A stretch of DNA of 64,000 nucleotides from an uncultured delta proteobacterium (GCA_963808625.1 CAWEHK010000043.1:1-64000), one strand, 5' to 3'. Counted from the first letter of the stretch, positions 11,282 through 23,788 are shown. The notes: generated by a model from the letters alone, not told the origin. Numbers and translations: made by a program.

Positions 11282-14200
11282 ATGAACACAGGAAGCGCGT
11301 TAAATCCCGTAACGGGTGCGGTAATGGTAGTTGGGGGTGGGATTGCCGGGGTCCAGGCAGCCCTCGATCTTGCTGATTCAGGCTACTACGTGTACCTGGT
11401 GGAAAGAAATCTCTCGATCGGCGGCGTCATGGCGCAACTGGACAAGACCTTCCCGACCAACGACTGCTCCATGTGTATCCTCTCGCCAAAGTTGGTTGAG
11501 GGAGGCCGCCATCTGAACATTCAACTGATCACCAACGCCGATATTCTGGCCCTTGAGGGCGAACCGGGCCGTTTTGCGGTCACCGTGGAGGAACGGCCGC
11601 GCTTCATCGACGAAGACAAATGCATTGCCTGCGGAGTGTGCGCCGAGAAATGCCCCAAAAAGGTGGACGACGCCTTCAATGAAGGGCTCGGGAAGCGCAA
11701 GGCAGCCTATGTTCAGTACCCGCAGGCGGTGCCCCTGAAGTATGCCATCGACAAAGATAACTGCATCTATTTCAAGAACGGCAAATGCCGCGCGTGTGAG
11801 AAATTCTGCCCCGCCAGTGCCGTGAACTTCGAGCAGCTGCCCAGGGAACACCGCTTCGAGGTGGGCTCGGTGATTCTGGCACCCGGTTTCAAGGCATTCG
11901 ATCCCAAGAGTCTACGATACCTACGGTTTTGGCAAGTACCCTAACGTCATCACCAGCATGGAATTCGAGCGCATCCTCAGCGCCTCCGGTCCTTTTGAAG
12001 GCCACCTGGTGCGCCCTTCGGACAAGACCGCGCCCAAGAAAATCGCCTGGCTGCAGTGCGTCGGTTCCCGGGACATCCATCACGGCGCGCATGGCTACTG
12101 CTCCGGCGTGTGCTGCATGTACGCCATAAAAGAGGCCATCATTGCCAAGGAGCATGCCAAGGAGGGCCTGGATACGGCGATCTTCTTCATGGACATGCGC
12201 ACCTACGGGAAGGATTTCGAACGGTATTACAATCGCGCCAAGGATGACATCGGGGTGCGCTTCATTCGTTCCCGAATCCACAGCGTGGAACCCGCCGGAT
12301 CGGGATCGGACGACCTCCTGCTGGTTTATGCCGACGAGAGCGGGCAGGTTCAGAGTGAAGTTTTCGATCTCGTCGTGCTCTCGATCGGTCTGGAAATTGC
12401 CGACGACCTCCGGGAACTCGCCGAAAAGCTGCAGATCAAGCTGGATGAAAGCGGTTTTGCCGCAACCGACGATTTTGCGCCCGTCGCGACTTCGCGGCCC
12501 GGAGTTTTTGTCTGCGGCGCCTTCCCCGGCCCCAAGGACATCCCCTACTCGGTGATGGAAGCATCGGCTGCTTCCGCGGCTTCAGCCACCCTGCTCTGCG
12601 GAGCGCGCAACACCCTCACCCAGGAAAAGACCTATCCGCCGGAGGAACCGGTTACCGACGCGGAACCCCGCGTGGGCGTCTTCGTCTGCCACTGCGGCAT
12701 CAACATCGGCAGCGTGGTCGATGTGCCCGGCGTCCGCGACTACGCCAGGACCCTGCCCCATGTCGTCTTCGTTGCGGACAATCTTTTCACCTGCAGCCAG
12801 GACACCCAGAAGGTGATCCGCGAGGCGATCGCGGAACATCGGCTCAACCGCGTCGTGGTCGCAGCCTGCACGCCGCGCACCCACGAACCGCTTTTCCAGG
12901 AGACCATCCGGGAAGCCGGGCTCAACCGTTACCTCTTCGAATTGGCCAACATCCGCGACCAGGATTCCTGGGTGCACCAGGCGGAACCCGAAAAGGCGAC
13001 GGAAAAAGCCAAAGACCTGGTGCGGATGGCCGTCGCCAAGGTGACCCTGCTCGAACCCATCGAGGATCTGCGGGTCGACCTGAACCAGTCGGCACTCGTT
13101 GTGGGAGGCGGCGTGGCGGGAATGAACGCGGCGCTCAGCCTGGCGGACCAGGGCTTCAAGAGCTACCTGATCGAGGAAATGGCCGAACTGGGTGGCCACG
13201 CCCTCAAAGTCAAGCACACCTGGAAAGGCGACGAGATCAGGCCTTACATCGAAGGTCTGCGCGACCGCGTGATGCAGCATCCCAATATCGAGGTTCTCAC
13301 CGGGACCAAAATCAAGACATGTGCAAGGTTTTGTCGGCCAATTCACGACCACCGTTGAAGCCGACGGCGCCGAGCGTGACCTGGAGCATGGGGTGGCGAT
13401 TCTTGCCACGGGTGCGCATTCGTTGAAACCGGAACTCTACCTCTACGGTCAGAGTGAGCGGGTGACCCGCTGGCACGAACTGGAGGACCTTTTCGAGAAG
13501 CAGCCCGAGCGTCTCCAGGAAGCGGAGGCGATCGCCTTCGTCCAATGCGTCGGGTCGCGCGAACCGGATCGTCCCTACTGTTCCAAGATCTGCTGCACCG
13601 CTTCGGTGCAGCAGGCGGTCGAATTCAAGACCAGGAACCCGGATCTCGATGTTTATATCCTGTACCGCGACCTGCGCACCTATGGGCTCCGCGAGGAGCT
13701 TTACAAAAAGGCCCGCGAGCTTGGGGTCCTGTTCATCCGTTTTGCTCAGGATGAGAAACCCATCGTTGAAAAGGCATCCCTTGCCGGCAAGGAAAAATTG
13801 CAGATCACGGTGAAGGACCACGTGCTCGGCAGGCCCATTCAGCTCTATGTGGATTACCTCAACCTGGCTACCGCCATCATTCCCAAAGGACTGGAAGAGC
13901 TCTCCAAATTCTTCAAGGTGCCCGTTAATGCAGACGGGTTTTTCCTGGAAGCCCACATGAAGCTGCGCCCGGTTGATTTTGCCACGGACGGCGTCTTCGT
14001 CTGCGGCCTGGCGCACTATCCCAAACCCCTTGAAGAATCCATCGCCCAGGCGCAGGCAGCGGCGGCGCGCGCGGCAACGGTGCTCGCCAAACCCTACGTC
14101 GAGGTTGCTCCGGTCGTCTCCATGGTCGACCAGGACCTCTGCATCGGCTGTGCGCTGTGTGAGGCATCCTGTCCGTTTCGGAGCAATCAGGGTCCATAAG

Positions 14201-14357
14201 GTTATCGGCAAGGGCTTCCGCGCCGAAACCATCATCGGCCTCGTGCAAGGGCTGTGGCGTCTGTTCCGCTTCCTGCCCGCAGCAGGCCATCGACATGATG
14301 CACTTCCGGGGACGGCAGATTGTTGCCGCTATCCGCGCGGGGGGAGAGCGGGGATAG
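11282..14357 (+). CDS. hdrA: Large heterodisulfide reductase subunit A family protein, copy 1 (Cys form; several frameshifts)
   Basis: [74 protein letters not shown], second GGGVAG FAD motif, terminal ferredoxin ending ...AIRAGGERG* at 14357. Confidence 0.9.
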
Positions 14358-14532
14358 AGAAGTAAGGAGTAGGGAGTAAGCAGTAGGGAGTAAGGAGTGA
14401 GAGGACAGGAGTCAGAGAGATCAGAAGACAGGAAGGCAGAAGGCAGAAGGCAGAAGGTCGGAAGACGGAAGAGTAGAAGAGAGAAGTCAGAAAATGGAAG
14501 CCATATAGCTACAAACTTCGAGGAGATTCAGA

Positions 14533-15292
14533 ATGAACGAGGCGTTCGAGCCTAAGATCCTGGCTTTTTTGTGCAACTGGTGTGCCTATGCCGGGGCGGA
14601 TCTTGCCGGAGTATCCCGGTTTCAGTATCCACCAACCATCCGTGTCATTCGGACCATGTGTTCCGGACGCGTGGACCCCTTGCACGTCATCGAGGGGCTC
14701 AAGAGCGGCTTTGACGGCGTCTTTGTCTTTGGGTGACACCTCGGCGACTGCCATTACCTGGAGGGTAATGTCTACACCCAGAAGCGGATGGAAGTGGTTG
14801 ACCAGCTCATCAATCTTTCGGGAATCGGCGTGGACCGGGTGAAGCTCCGCTGGGTGAGCGCCGCAGAAGGCCAGTTGTTTGCCAACCTCGTCACCGAATT
14901 GAGCGGCGTAATGCGGACCATGGGACCCTTTGATTTTGAACAGATACAAGCTGCCCCTGGCGGCGGTCGAAGGCGCTCTGAATTCACCCCGGTTGCGCTG
15001 GCTTATGGGCATGGAGCGGCAGCTCATCGAACACGAAAATGTCTACCATACGAAGATTGATGAGGCGGAATACAAACAAATCCTGAAAGTGGCAACAGAA
15101 GAGGAATACCAGAAAGCCTTTATCCTGGAAGTGCTCAGGGAAGGGCCGCAGTCCGTGAGAGAGATTGCTGGCAAGAGCGGGTTGCCGGTGTATACCGTTT
15201 CGATCCTCTTGAGCGACATCGAAAGAGCCGGCCAGGTGGATCTGCATGGGTACGAAGGCACGACCCCCAAGTTTGTCAGTCTGGCGGCGTAG
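14533..15292 (+). CDS. mvhD: MvhD-like hydrogenase iron-sulfur subunit, selenoprotein, with C-terminal winged-helix extension (frameshift near 14943)
   Basis: FLCNWCAYAGADLAG, RTMCSGRVDP, then G-UGA(14734-14736)-HLGDCHY where homologs have GCH.GDCHY; WVSAAEG; RBS AGGAG. Confidence 0.87.
14752..14770 (+). promoter_or_regulatory. SECIS-like hairpin after UGA 14734
   Basis: CATTACC-TGGAG-GGTAATG, 7-bp stem starting 15 nt after the UGA. Confidence 0.7.
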
Positions 15293-15427
15293 TAGTGGCT
15301 AGTGATTAGTGGTTAGTGGCTAGTGGTCAGCGAGCATGAACTTGAAAGAAATAATATGTTTCCTTCGTGTGTCTTCGAAGTCCTTCGTGTGCATTCGTGG
15401 ATGAAATAGGATCAATAGGAATAGGTG

Positions 15428-18400
15428 ATGGCAAATTTAGATAAGAGCAACAGGATTGGTTCCGTGATGATCGTGGGAGCCGGCATTGCCGGGATGCAAG
15501 CAGCCCTCGACCTTGCTAACACCGGATATTACGTCCATCTGGTGGATCAGTCGCCAACCATTGGCGGCTTGATGGCCCAGTTGGACAAGACCTTTCCGAC
15601 CAATGACTGTGCCATGTGAGTGATCTCACCGAAACTGGTCGAGGTCGGCCGGCATCACAACATCAACATCATTACCAATACCGAAGTCGAAGCACTCGAA
15701 GGTGAGGCGGGACGGTTTGTCGCGAAGCTCATCAATCATCCGCGCTATATCGACCGCGCTCGCTGTACGGGCTGTGGCGCAGTGCGCCCGCGTGTGCCCG
15801 GTGACTGCGGTCAGTGAGCACAATTGCGGTCTTGACCGCCGTGCGGCCACTTACATTCGCTATGCCCAGGCCGTGCCCCTGGTATTTTCCATCGACCGCA
15901 ACGCCTGCCTCGGCTGCGGACTGTGCGAAAAGGTCTGTCTCGCGGAAGCGGTTTGCTACAACGATGAACCCCGCCGGTCCGAGCTCGAGGTGGGCGCCGT
16001 CATCCTGGCTACCGGCAATGAGGTGTTCGATCCGTCGTCCTTCGATACCTATCGCTATGCGCGCCTCCCGAACGTCATTACAAGCCTCGAGTTCGAGCGC
16101 ATCCTGAGCGCCTCCGGACCCTTCCGGGGCCACCTGATGCGGCCTTATGACCGCGAGGAGCCGAGCAAGATCGCCTGGTTGCAGTGTGTCGGCTCGCGCG
16201 ACCTGCACCACTGCGACAATCCTTATTGCTCGGGGGTTTGCTGCATGTACGCCATCAAGGAGGCGGTAATCGCCAAGGAGCATGCTCACGGCGATCTCGA
16301 TACCGCGATCTTCTTCATGGACATGAGGACCTACGGCAAGGATTTCGAGCAGTATTACAATAATGCCAAAGACCACCACGGCGTGCGCTTCATCCGTTCC
16401 CGCGTTCACACCATCGACGCGACCGGGGACGGCGATCTGGAAATCAGCTATGTGACCGAAGATGGGCAGATCCAGTCGGAAGTCTTTAATTTGGTCGTCC
16501 TTTCCGTCGGCTTCCAGATGAGCCAGGGGACCATGGAACTCGCCCGGACTCTGGGCATCGATCTCAATGAGAACCGTTTTGCCAAGACGGCGAGCTTTGC
16601 CCCGGTGTTGACCTCCCGCGATGGGGTCTACGTCTGCGGCGCCATCCAGGGCCCGAAAGACATCCCGCAATCCGTCATGGAAGCCTCGGCAGCTGCATCG
16701 GCATCAGCACTCCTGCTGAGCGACTCACGTTGGACCGAGGCCACGGTGAAGGAGAAGCCGGTCGAGACCAACGTCATCGGCGAACCACCGCGGGTCGGCG
16801 TCTTTGTCTGCCAGTGCGGCATCAATATTGGCGGCGTCGTGAACGTACCGGCAGTGCGGGACTACGCCAAATCGCTGCCCTATGTCGTTTACGTGGAAGA
16901 CAATCTCTACACCTGCTCCCAGGACACCCAGGTGAAGATGGCCCAGGTGATCAAGGAACAGGGCATCAACCGGGTGGTGGTTGCGGCCTGTACGCCGCGA
17001 ACCCATGAACCGCTGTTCCAGGAAACGCTGATCAACGCCGGCCTGAACAAGTACCTTTTCGAGATGGCCAATATCCGCAACCAGGATTCCTGGGTGCATA
17101 GCGGCGACCCCGTCAGAGCCACCGAAAAGGCCAAGGACCTTTTGCGGATGGCGGTATCCAAAGTGGTGCTGCTCGAGCCGCTCAAGGAACCGGAACTGAG
17201 CGTCACCCGGAAGGCCCTGGTAGTAGGCGGCGGCGTCGCCAGCATGGTGGCCGCCCAAACCCTGGCGGACCAGGGATACCCGGTTTATTTGGTGGAGCAG
17301 TCACCGGAGTTGGGCGGTCAGGCCCGCAACCTTTACAAGACCTGGCGCGGGGAAGTGATTGGGTCTTATGTGCAGGAACTGGCTCAGAAGGTGCTCGCCC
17401 ACCCGCAAATCAAGGTATTCCTGTCCAGTTCCATCACCCAGGTGGAAGGGTTTGTCGGCAACTACAAGACAACGATTAAAAACGGCGCCGAACCCGAAAC
17501 GGTGGACCACGGGATCGCCATTGTCGCGACCGGCGGCAAGGAATTTCAGCCCTCTGAATACCTCTTCGGCCAGGATCCCAGAATCGTGACCCATCAGCAA
17601 TTGGATCGGCGGTTCAGGGAAAAGGACCCCAGTCTGAAAGATGTTGAGACGGCAGTCTTCATTCAGTGCGTGGGTTCCCGCGAGCCGGAGCGTCCTTATT
17701 GCAGCCGCATTTGCTGCACCCACTCGGTGGAAAGCGCGCTGGAGCTCAAACACCTCAATCCCGACTGCGATGTTTACGTCATTTACCGGGATATGAGGAC
17801 CTACGGGGAGCGCGAGACGCTCTACCACGAAGCCAGGAAGGCCGGGGTCATCTTCATTCGCTACACGCTCGAGGACAAACCGGTGGTGGCAAAGGTCGAC
17901 GGCAAAATCCATCTCACGATCCTCGATAAGATCTTGCAGCGGCCGATTACCCTGGTACCCGAATCTGATTACGCTGGCTACGGCGGTTGTGCCCAATGAG
18001 TCGCAGACGCTGGCCCAGTTTTTCAAAATTCCCGTGAATGCTGAAGGATTTTTCATCGAAGCCCATGCCAAGCTGAGGCCGGTTGATTTTGCCACGGATG
18101 GGGTGTTCCTGTGCGGGCTGGCGCACTACCCCAAGGCCGTGGACGAGAGCATCGCCCAGGCCCAGGCGGCGGCCTCGCGCGCGGGGACCTTCCTCGCCCT
18201 GGATACCCTCATGTTCAGCGGGACCGTGGCGATCACCAGCCAGATGCTCTGCAGTGCCTGTGGCACCTGTGTGAGCATCTGTCCCTATTCGGCCCCGGCC
18301 TTCAATGATAAGGGCAAAGCCGAGGTCAACCCGGCTCTTTGCAAGGGCTGCGGCCTCTGTGTCGCATCCTGCCGCTCCGGCGCGATCCGTCTGCTGGGCT

Positions 18401-18441
18401 TCGATGACGCTCAGATATTTGCCATGATTGATAGTGTATAG
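15428..18441 (+). CDS. hdrA: Large heterodisulfide reductase subunit A family protein, copy 2, selenoprotein (frameshifts near 15780 and 17960)
   Basis: [15 protein letters not shown](15617-15619)-VISPKL aligns with DCSM-C-ILSPKL of copy 1; same domain series as copy 1. Confidence 0.9.
15620..15658 (+). promoter_or_regulatory. SECIS-like hairpin after UGA 15617
   Basis: GTGAT...CTGGTCG-AGGT-CGGCCGG...ATCAC: upper stem with G-U pairs and a G-containing loop, lower stem GTGAT/ATCAC. Confidence 0.65.
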
Positions 18442-18462
18442 TCTGGATGAGGAGAAGGATTC

Positions 18463-18894
18463 ATGTCTGATTGGGAACCGAAGATTATCGCCCTGTTGTG
18501 CAACTGGTGTTCGTACGGTGCTGCGGACCTTGCCGGCGTGAGCAGGATGCAATATCCGCCGAACTTCCGGATTATCAGAGTGCCCTGTACGGGAAGGATC
18601 AACCCCAAGTTTATCCTTGCCGCCTTCCGCAAAGGGGCCGACGGGGTGTGGGTGTCCGGGTGACACCCGGGAGACTGCCATTACCTGGAAGGTAATCTGT
18701 ACGCACGGCGCAAATTCACCCTGTTGAAAAACCTCCTCGAACACACTGGAATGGAACCGGAGCGGCTGCATTTTTCGTGGATTTCCTCCGCGGAAGCCAC
18801 CAAATTCGCCGAAACGGCGCGCGGGGTGGCCAAAGCGGTCAAGGCAGCAGGACCATCGCCACATTTCATCAAGAAACATGCTGAGGTGGTGTAG
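18463..18894 (+). CDS. flxD: MvhD/FlxD-like [2Fe-2S] subunit, selenoprotein
   Basis: [29 protein letters not shown](18661-18663)-HPGDCHY; frame continues to TAG at 18894; hairpin ATTACCT-GGA-AGGTAAT downstream. Confidence 0.88.
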
Positions 18895-19845
18895 ATGCAA
18901 GCATATACCGAACGGATTCAAGAGGCGGCAAGGCGCCTGCTGGCTGAGAAACGTGTGGACGTCGTGATCGGTTTCCGCAAAGGCACCGTTCCCTTGATGA
19001 ACGAGCCCTTTCTGGCAAATAATCTCGACCAGGTGAGACACCTCTACTGGGATGGCAACTGCGGGATTAACCTCGCCAATTATGTGGTCAAGAGACCGGA
19101 CCGGGTCGCCATTGTTGCCAAGGGCTGCGACTCTCGAAATATCACCGTCCACCTTTTGGAATATCAGATCAAACGCGAGCAGATCTACATCCTGGGGGCG
19201 CCCTGCCATGGGATGATCGATCGGCGGCGAATTTTGGCATCGCTGGATGGGAAGGACCCGGTTCACGCGGAGGAGAGGGATGGCTTGATTCATGTCTCCG
19301 GATCGGATTTTGAAACGACCTTGGACCGCCGGGAATATCTTCAGGAAAATTGCGCGATCTGCACGCACCGAAACCCGGTGGTCTATGATGAGCTGGTTGG
19401 GGAGCTGGTGCCCGAGCAGGAGAATGTTGACCGGTACGAGGATGTACGCCAGGTGGAAGCCATGTCTCCCGAGGGGCGGTGGGAGTATTTTGAAAACCTC
19501 ATCAGCACCTGTATTCGCTGCTATGCCTGCCGGAATGCATGCCCGCTCTGCTATTGCCCCACCTGCTTCGTTGACGAGGCGCGTCCCCAATGGGTGGGAA
19601 AGAGCATCGATCGGACGGATACCAGGACCTTTCATTTCCTGAGGGCTTACCACGTTGCGGGACGCTGCACCGACTGCGGCGCTTGTGAACGGGCCTGTCC
19701 GGTTGGGATCAAAATGCGCCAATTTACCAAGAGAATGGAAAGAGACCTCAAAGAGCTCTATGGATACGAAGCTGGAGTAATCCCGGATCAAAGGCCTCCG
19801 CTGGACACTTACCGACCGGATGATCCGCAGCAGTTTATCAAGTAG
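18895..19845 (+). CDS. flxC: FlxC-like 4Fe-4S dicluster protein
   Basis: AKGCDSR, CIRCYACRNACPLCYCPTCF, RAYHVAGRCTDCGACERACP; abuts flxD. Confidence 0.8.
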   Translation: MQAYTERIQEAARRLLAEKRVDVVIGFRKGTVPLMNEPFLANNLDQVRHLYWDGNCGINLANYVVKRPDRVAIVAKGCDSRNITVHLLEYQIKREQIYILGAPCHGMIDRRRILASLDGKDPVHAEERDGLIHVSGSDFETTLDRREYLQENCAICTHRNPVVYDELVGELVPEQENVDRYEDVRQVEAMSPEGRWEYFENLISTCIRCYACRNACPLCYCPTCFVDEARPQWVGKSIDRTDTRTFHFLRAYHVAGRCTDCGACERACPVGIKMRQFTKRMERDLKELYGYEAGVIPDQRPPLDTYRPDDPQQFIK

Positions 19846-19920
19846 TGGTCAGTATTCAGTGATCAGTGGTCAGTGACCAGTGGTCAGGCGCCCATCGAGT
19901 TTACATAAAGGGACACACCA

Positions 19921-20974
19921 ATGAGGGAAGTCTACATCACCAAAGAGAAATTTCCTGAAGTTCTCAAGACACTCATGAACCAACGGCGGGTTTTCGGGCC
20001 GGTTTTTCAAGGTCAGTATCACGAGTTTGCGGAGCTTACAGCAACTGACGAGCTTGATCTCGGTTATCAAAACACACGCCTTTCCCCCAAGGGGCTCTTT
20101 CATCCCCATTCCGAGAGGATGTTCCAATTCTCCCTTGCCAAAGACGATCCTGAAGCCGGAATCGTGAAGGAAGCACCGAAGGATTACTCCCCCAGGATCA
20201 TTGTGGGAATCCGCCCTTGTGATGCCTCGGCCTTTCGCCTGGACGATGCAAACTTCGATACCACAGCCTTCAAGGACCCGTGGTGGACCAGGCGAAGGGC
20301 CACGACAACTCTCGTGGGATTAGGCTGCAACCTGCCCTGCCGAAGCTGCTTCTGCACGTCAGTGGGAACCGGCCCGTTTGACCCTTCGGGGCTGGACGCG
20401 CTCCTGACAGACGTGGGCGATGGTTTCATTCTCCAGGCCATTACGGAGAAAGGGAAGGAATTGCTCGACGCCATCTCGCTTGGGCGAACCGGTTCCTCCG
20501 GCAGCATCCGAAAAGGCTGCACAACTCAAGAAGTCCGCCGAAGCTGCTATTCCGAATCAGTTTGAGCCGCAAGCCATCGCCGAAAAGGACATGCTCGAGT
20601 TGTTCAATGCCTCGTTCTGGGATGAAGTGCAGTTCTCCTGCATCAACTGCGGGACTTGTACCTTCCTTTGTCCCACCTGCTGGTGCTTTGACATCCAGGA
20701 TGAGGTTTGCGAGGACCAGGGTGATCGGATCAGAATTTGGGATTCCTGCATGTTTCCCCTGTTCACGCTGCACGGGTCGGGACACAATCCGCGCACTCAG
20801 AAGCTCCAGCGCGTGCGCCAACGCTTCATGCACAAGCTCAAATACTATCAGGACAAGTACAAGGACGGCGTCGCGTGTGTCGGGTGCGGCCGCTGTGTGA
20901 AGTACTGTCCGGTGAATATTGATATCCGCGAAGTGGCGCGCCTGATGACCGCCGCCTGCGTATGCCCGGCGTAA
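19921..20974 (+). CDS. flxB: FlxB/AsrA-like 4Fe-4S protein (frameshift near 20484)
   Basis: GIRPCD, C..PC.SCFC, CINCGTCTFLCPTCWCFDI, R.WDSCM, RQRFMHK, CVGCGRCVKYCP. Confidence 0.82.
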
Positions 20975-21190
20975 TTTGGATGAGAAGTCAGGAGTCAGAA
21001 GACAGGAGTCAGAAGACAGAAGTCAGAAATCAGCATGGAAGACGATTTCTTCGTGTGACTTCGCAATCCTTCGTGTGACTTCGTGGATGAAAGAAAAAAG
21101 AAGTCAGAATAGGATTTGGACGATGATTAATCCGTCTTCCGCCCCGTATACTCTGGCTTCGTCAAGACCCTTATCGGATCATGGAGGTTA

Positions 21191-22039
21191 GTGACGGTGA
21201 ATAACCCCTATCTGCCCTATCCTGTCCGCATCGAGTCCATCGTGACCGAAACGGAAGATCGCAACCTCAGGACCATCAAGCTGCTTTTCCTGAATCCTGA
21301 GGATGAAGAGAAGTTTAAGTATACCCCCGGCCAGTTTGCGGAGCTCTCGGTGGCCGGCCTGGGAGAAATCCCCATCGGGATTGCCTCATCCCCGACCGAA
21401 AAGGGGTTCCTGAAATTTACGGTGAATAAGGTGGGGAAAGTTTCCAGCCACATCCACAACATGCAGCCGGGCGACATCATGGGCGTGCGAGGGCCATTGG
21501 GGAACTGGTACCCATGGGACCTGCTCGAGGGCAAGAACATCGTGATTATCGGCGGGGGATTCGCTTTCACCACGCTCCGGTCTTCCATTGTTTACATGCT
21601 CGACCCTCGTAATCGGTCACGCTTCGGGGAAATATCCGTCGTTTATGGGGCTCGCTTTCCGGGACTTCTGCTCTACAAGGAAGAGCTGGCCGCATGGGAG
21701 CAGCGGGACGACATCAAAATGCACATCACCGTGGATTCCACCAATGACCCGAACTGGAAATATAATGTCGGCTTCGTCCCCGCCGTGACGAAACAGAAGG
21801 CCCCCGATTCCGAGAACTCCTACGCCATCATCTGCGGCCCTCCGATCATGATCAAGTTCACGCTGCCGGTCCTGACGGAACTGGGGTTTCCGCCGGAGCG
21901 GATCATTTCCAGCCTGGAGATGCGGATGAAATGCGGGATTGGGATCTGTGGACGATGCAATATCGGCACTGAGTATGTGTGCAAGGATGGACCGGTGTTC
22001 ACCTTGGAGCAGTTGTCGCGGCTGCCCAACGAATATTAG
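21191..22039 (+). CDS. flxA: FlxA/AsrB-like FAD/NAD(P)-binding subunit
   Basis: PGQFAEL, GEIPIGIASSP, VRGPLGN, IGGGFAF, CGPPIMI, MKCGIGICGRC...CKDGPVF. Confidence 0.85.
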   Translation: MTVNNPYLPYPVRIESIVTETEDRNLRTIKLLFLNPEDEEKFKYTPGQFAELSVAGLGEIPIGIASSPTEKGFLKFTVNKVGKVSSHIHNMQPGDIMGVRGPLGNWYPWDLLEGKNIVIIGGGFAFTTLRSSIVYMLDPRNRSRFGEISVVYGARFPGLLLYKEELAAWEQRDDIKMHITVDSTNDPNWKYNVGFVPAVTKQKAPDSENSYAIICGPPIMIKFTLPVLTELGFPPERIISSLEMRMKCGIGICGRCNIGTEYVCKDGPVFTLEQLSRLPNEY

Positions 22040-22231
22040 CCATATGTTGAGCACTTGGCAGGCTGGAAAGCCTGCCCCACCTCGCATGGTAATGAAGCAG
22101 GGCGCATCGCGGGCTTTCGAGCCTGGTTGATCAAGCAGGCTTGGGTATGACAAAGGAGTGTATGAGTAAGGTATCTTCGGACCGGCTCTTGGGAAGAGAA
22201 GCATAGGACTTGCATCTTTTTGGAAAACACT

Positions 22232-22259
22232 TTGACAGAGAGAAGCGTTGTGTTATAGT
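22232..22259 (+). promoter_or_regulatory. Sigma70-type promoter upstream of the hdrD-like gene
   Basis: TTGACA(22232-22237), 16 bp spacer, TGn-TATAGT(22254-22259). Confidence 0.55.
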
Positions 22260-22449
22260 CGTGGCGCAGGTGTTTGCGAGGGCGACTGCCAGGCAGTGAT
22301 GCCGGCAGACCTCATCCTGTGAAGACGTTAGCCTCATACCGCGAATCCCAGTTGCTTTTCCTGTTTTCCCCCGGTGCTGCCGATACTTTGTAAAGGTAAT
22401 TTTTTGGCGTTGTGTTGTCATCAATGAGCTAAGTTTAAGGGAGAGAGTT

Positions 22450-23682
22450 ATGGAGCCGTTGTTAATCTCCAAGCGCGAGAAGCGCAGACTGGCCAGCCAG
22501 TACGCCGATCTGTGCCTGACCTGCGGCACCTGTGCCGGAGGTTGTCCGGTCACCGGGGTGGATGGACTGGATGTCAGGAAGGTGGTGCGTTTGGCCCTGC
22601 TCGGCATGGACCAGGAAGTGATTGATTCCAAGTTCCCCTGGGTCTGCACGCTTTGCGGTCGGTGCGAACATGCGTGCCCGATGAATATCGACCTCCTGGC
22701 CCTGCTGCGGTCCGCCCGGGGCATGAGGCCGAGGGACCAGGTGCCCGGAGTGCTTCACAAGGGTGTCGCGCAATGTCTGAAGTCCGGCAACAACGTGGGG
22801 ATTCCCAAGGAAGATTTCTTGTTCCTGCTCGAGGATTTGAGTGCGGAACTGGCGGAAGAGCTCCCCGGCTTCGAGGTCCCGGTCGACAAGAAGGGCGCCA
22901 AGTATCTGTTCACGATCAATTCCAAGGAACCCTTCGCGGAGCCTGAGGATATGTTTTTCTGGTGGCGTATCCTTTACGCCGCCAAGGAGTCCTGGACCGT
23001 TACCTCGGAGAATTGGGAAGGGGTCAACTGGGGTTTGTTCACCGGCGACGATGCGGCAATGAAAGAGATTGTCGGCAGAGTCGTCAAGAACTACAAGGAA
23101 ATGGAGGCTGAATACCTGGTCTTGCCCGAATGAGGGCACGCTTACTATGCGACCAGGCTTGGTCTGCAAAAGTGGTATGCGAACGAAGGCGTCAAGTTTT
23201 TGAGCATTCACGACCTTTTGAAGCAATACATCGAAGAGGGACGCATCAAAATCGATAAGACCATCCACCACGAGTTAACGACTTACCATGACCCGTGCAA
23301 TTACGGTCGCAAAAGCGAGCGGATGTTCGGCCATGGCTATTACGAAGAACCGCGGTGGGTGGCACAGCAGTGCTGTGAGAATTTTGTTGACATGTACCCC
23401 AATCGGGCCAACAATTTCTGCTGTGGGGCGGGAGGCGGCGCCTGGGCGGCGCCATATGTCGAGGAACGCACCTTCTATGGCCGCACCAAAGCGAAACAGA
23501 TTAAGGACACCGGTGCGAAACTGCTGATCGCACCCTGTCACAACTGCCGTGATATGATCATGAAGAGCCTCCGCAAGGAGTACGACTTCATGGATGTGGA
23601 AGTTAAATATCTGTGGGAGTTGGTCGCAGATTCTCTGGTCATTGAACCGCGGGAAGATGAGGGAGAAGCCGAAGAAGAGTAG
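22450..23682 (+). CDS. HdrD-like (Fe-S/CCG domain) oxidoreductase, selenoprotein
   Basis: CLTCGTCAGGCP, CTLCGRCEHACP, LPE-UGA(23131-23133)-GHAY at the conserved ECGH motif, in frame with YHDPCNYGR, CCGAGGG, PCHNC; hairpin TGC-GACCA-GGCT-TGGTC-T-GCA follows. Confidence 0.87.
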
Positions 23683-23788
23683 ATCCCTTTTTCCTGTTGT
23701 TACGAGGCCCCGGAATCACGCCGAAAAGGGTGATGATGGGGCTTTTCTTTGTGCATTTCCTGTGAATATTCGAGGGGCGGAAGGACAC

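Noticed and set aside
17947..19791. Long antisense ORFs (17947-19791, 32587-34221, 45161-46249, 47899-49020)
   Set aside because: Shadow ORFs opposite well-supported genes in GC-rich DNA, with no protein motifs
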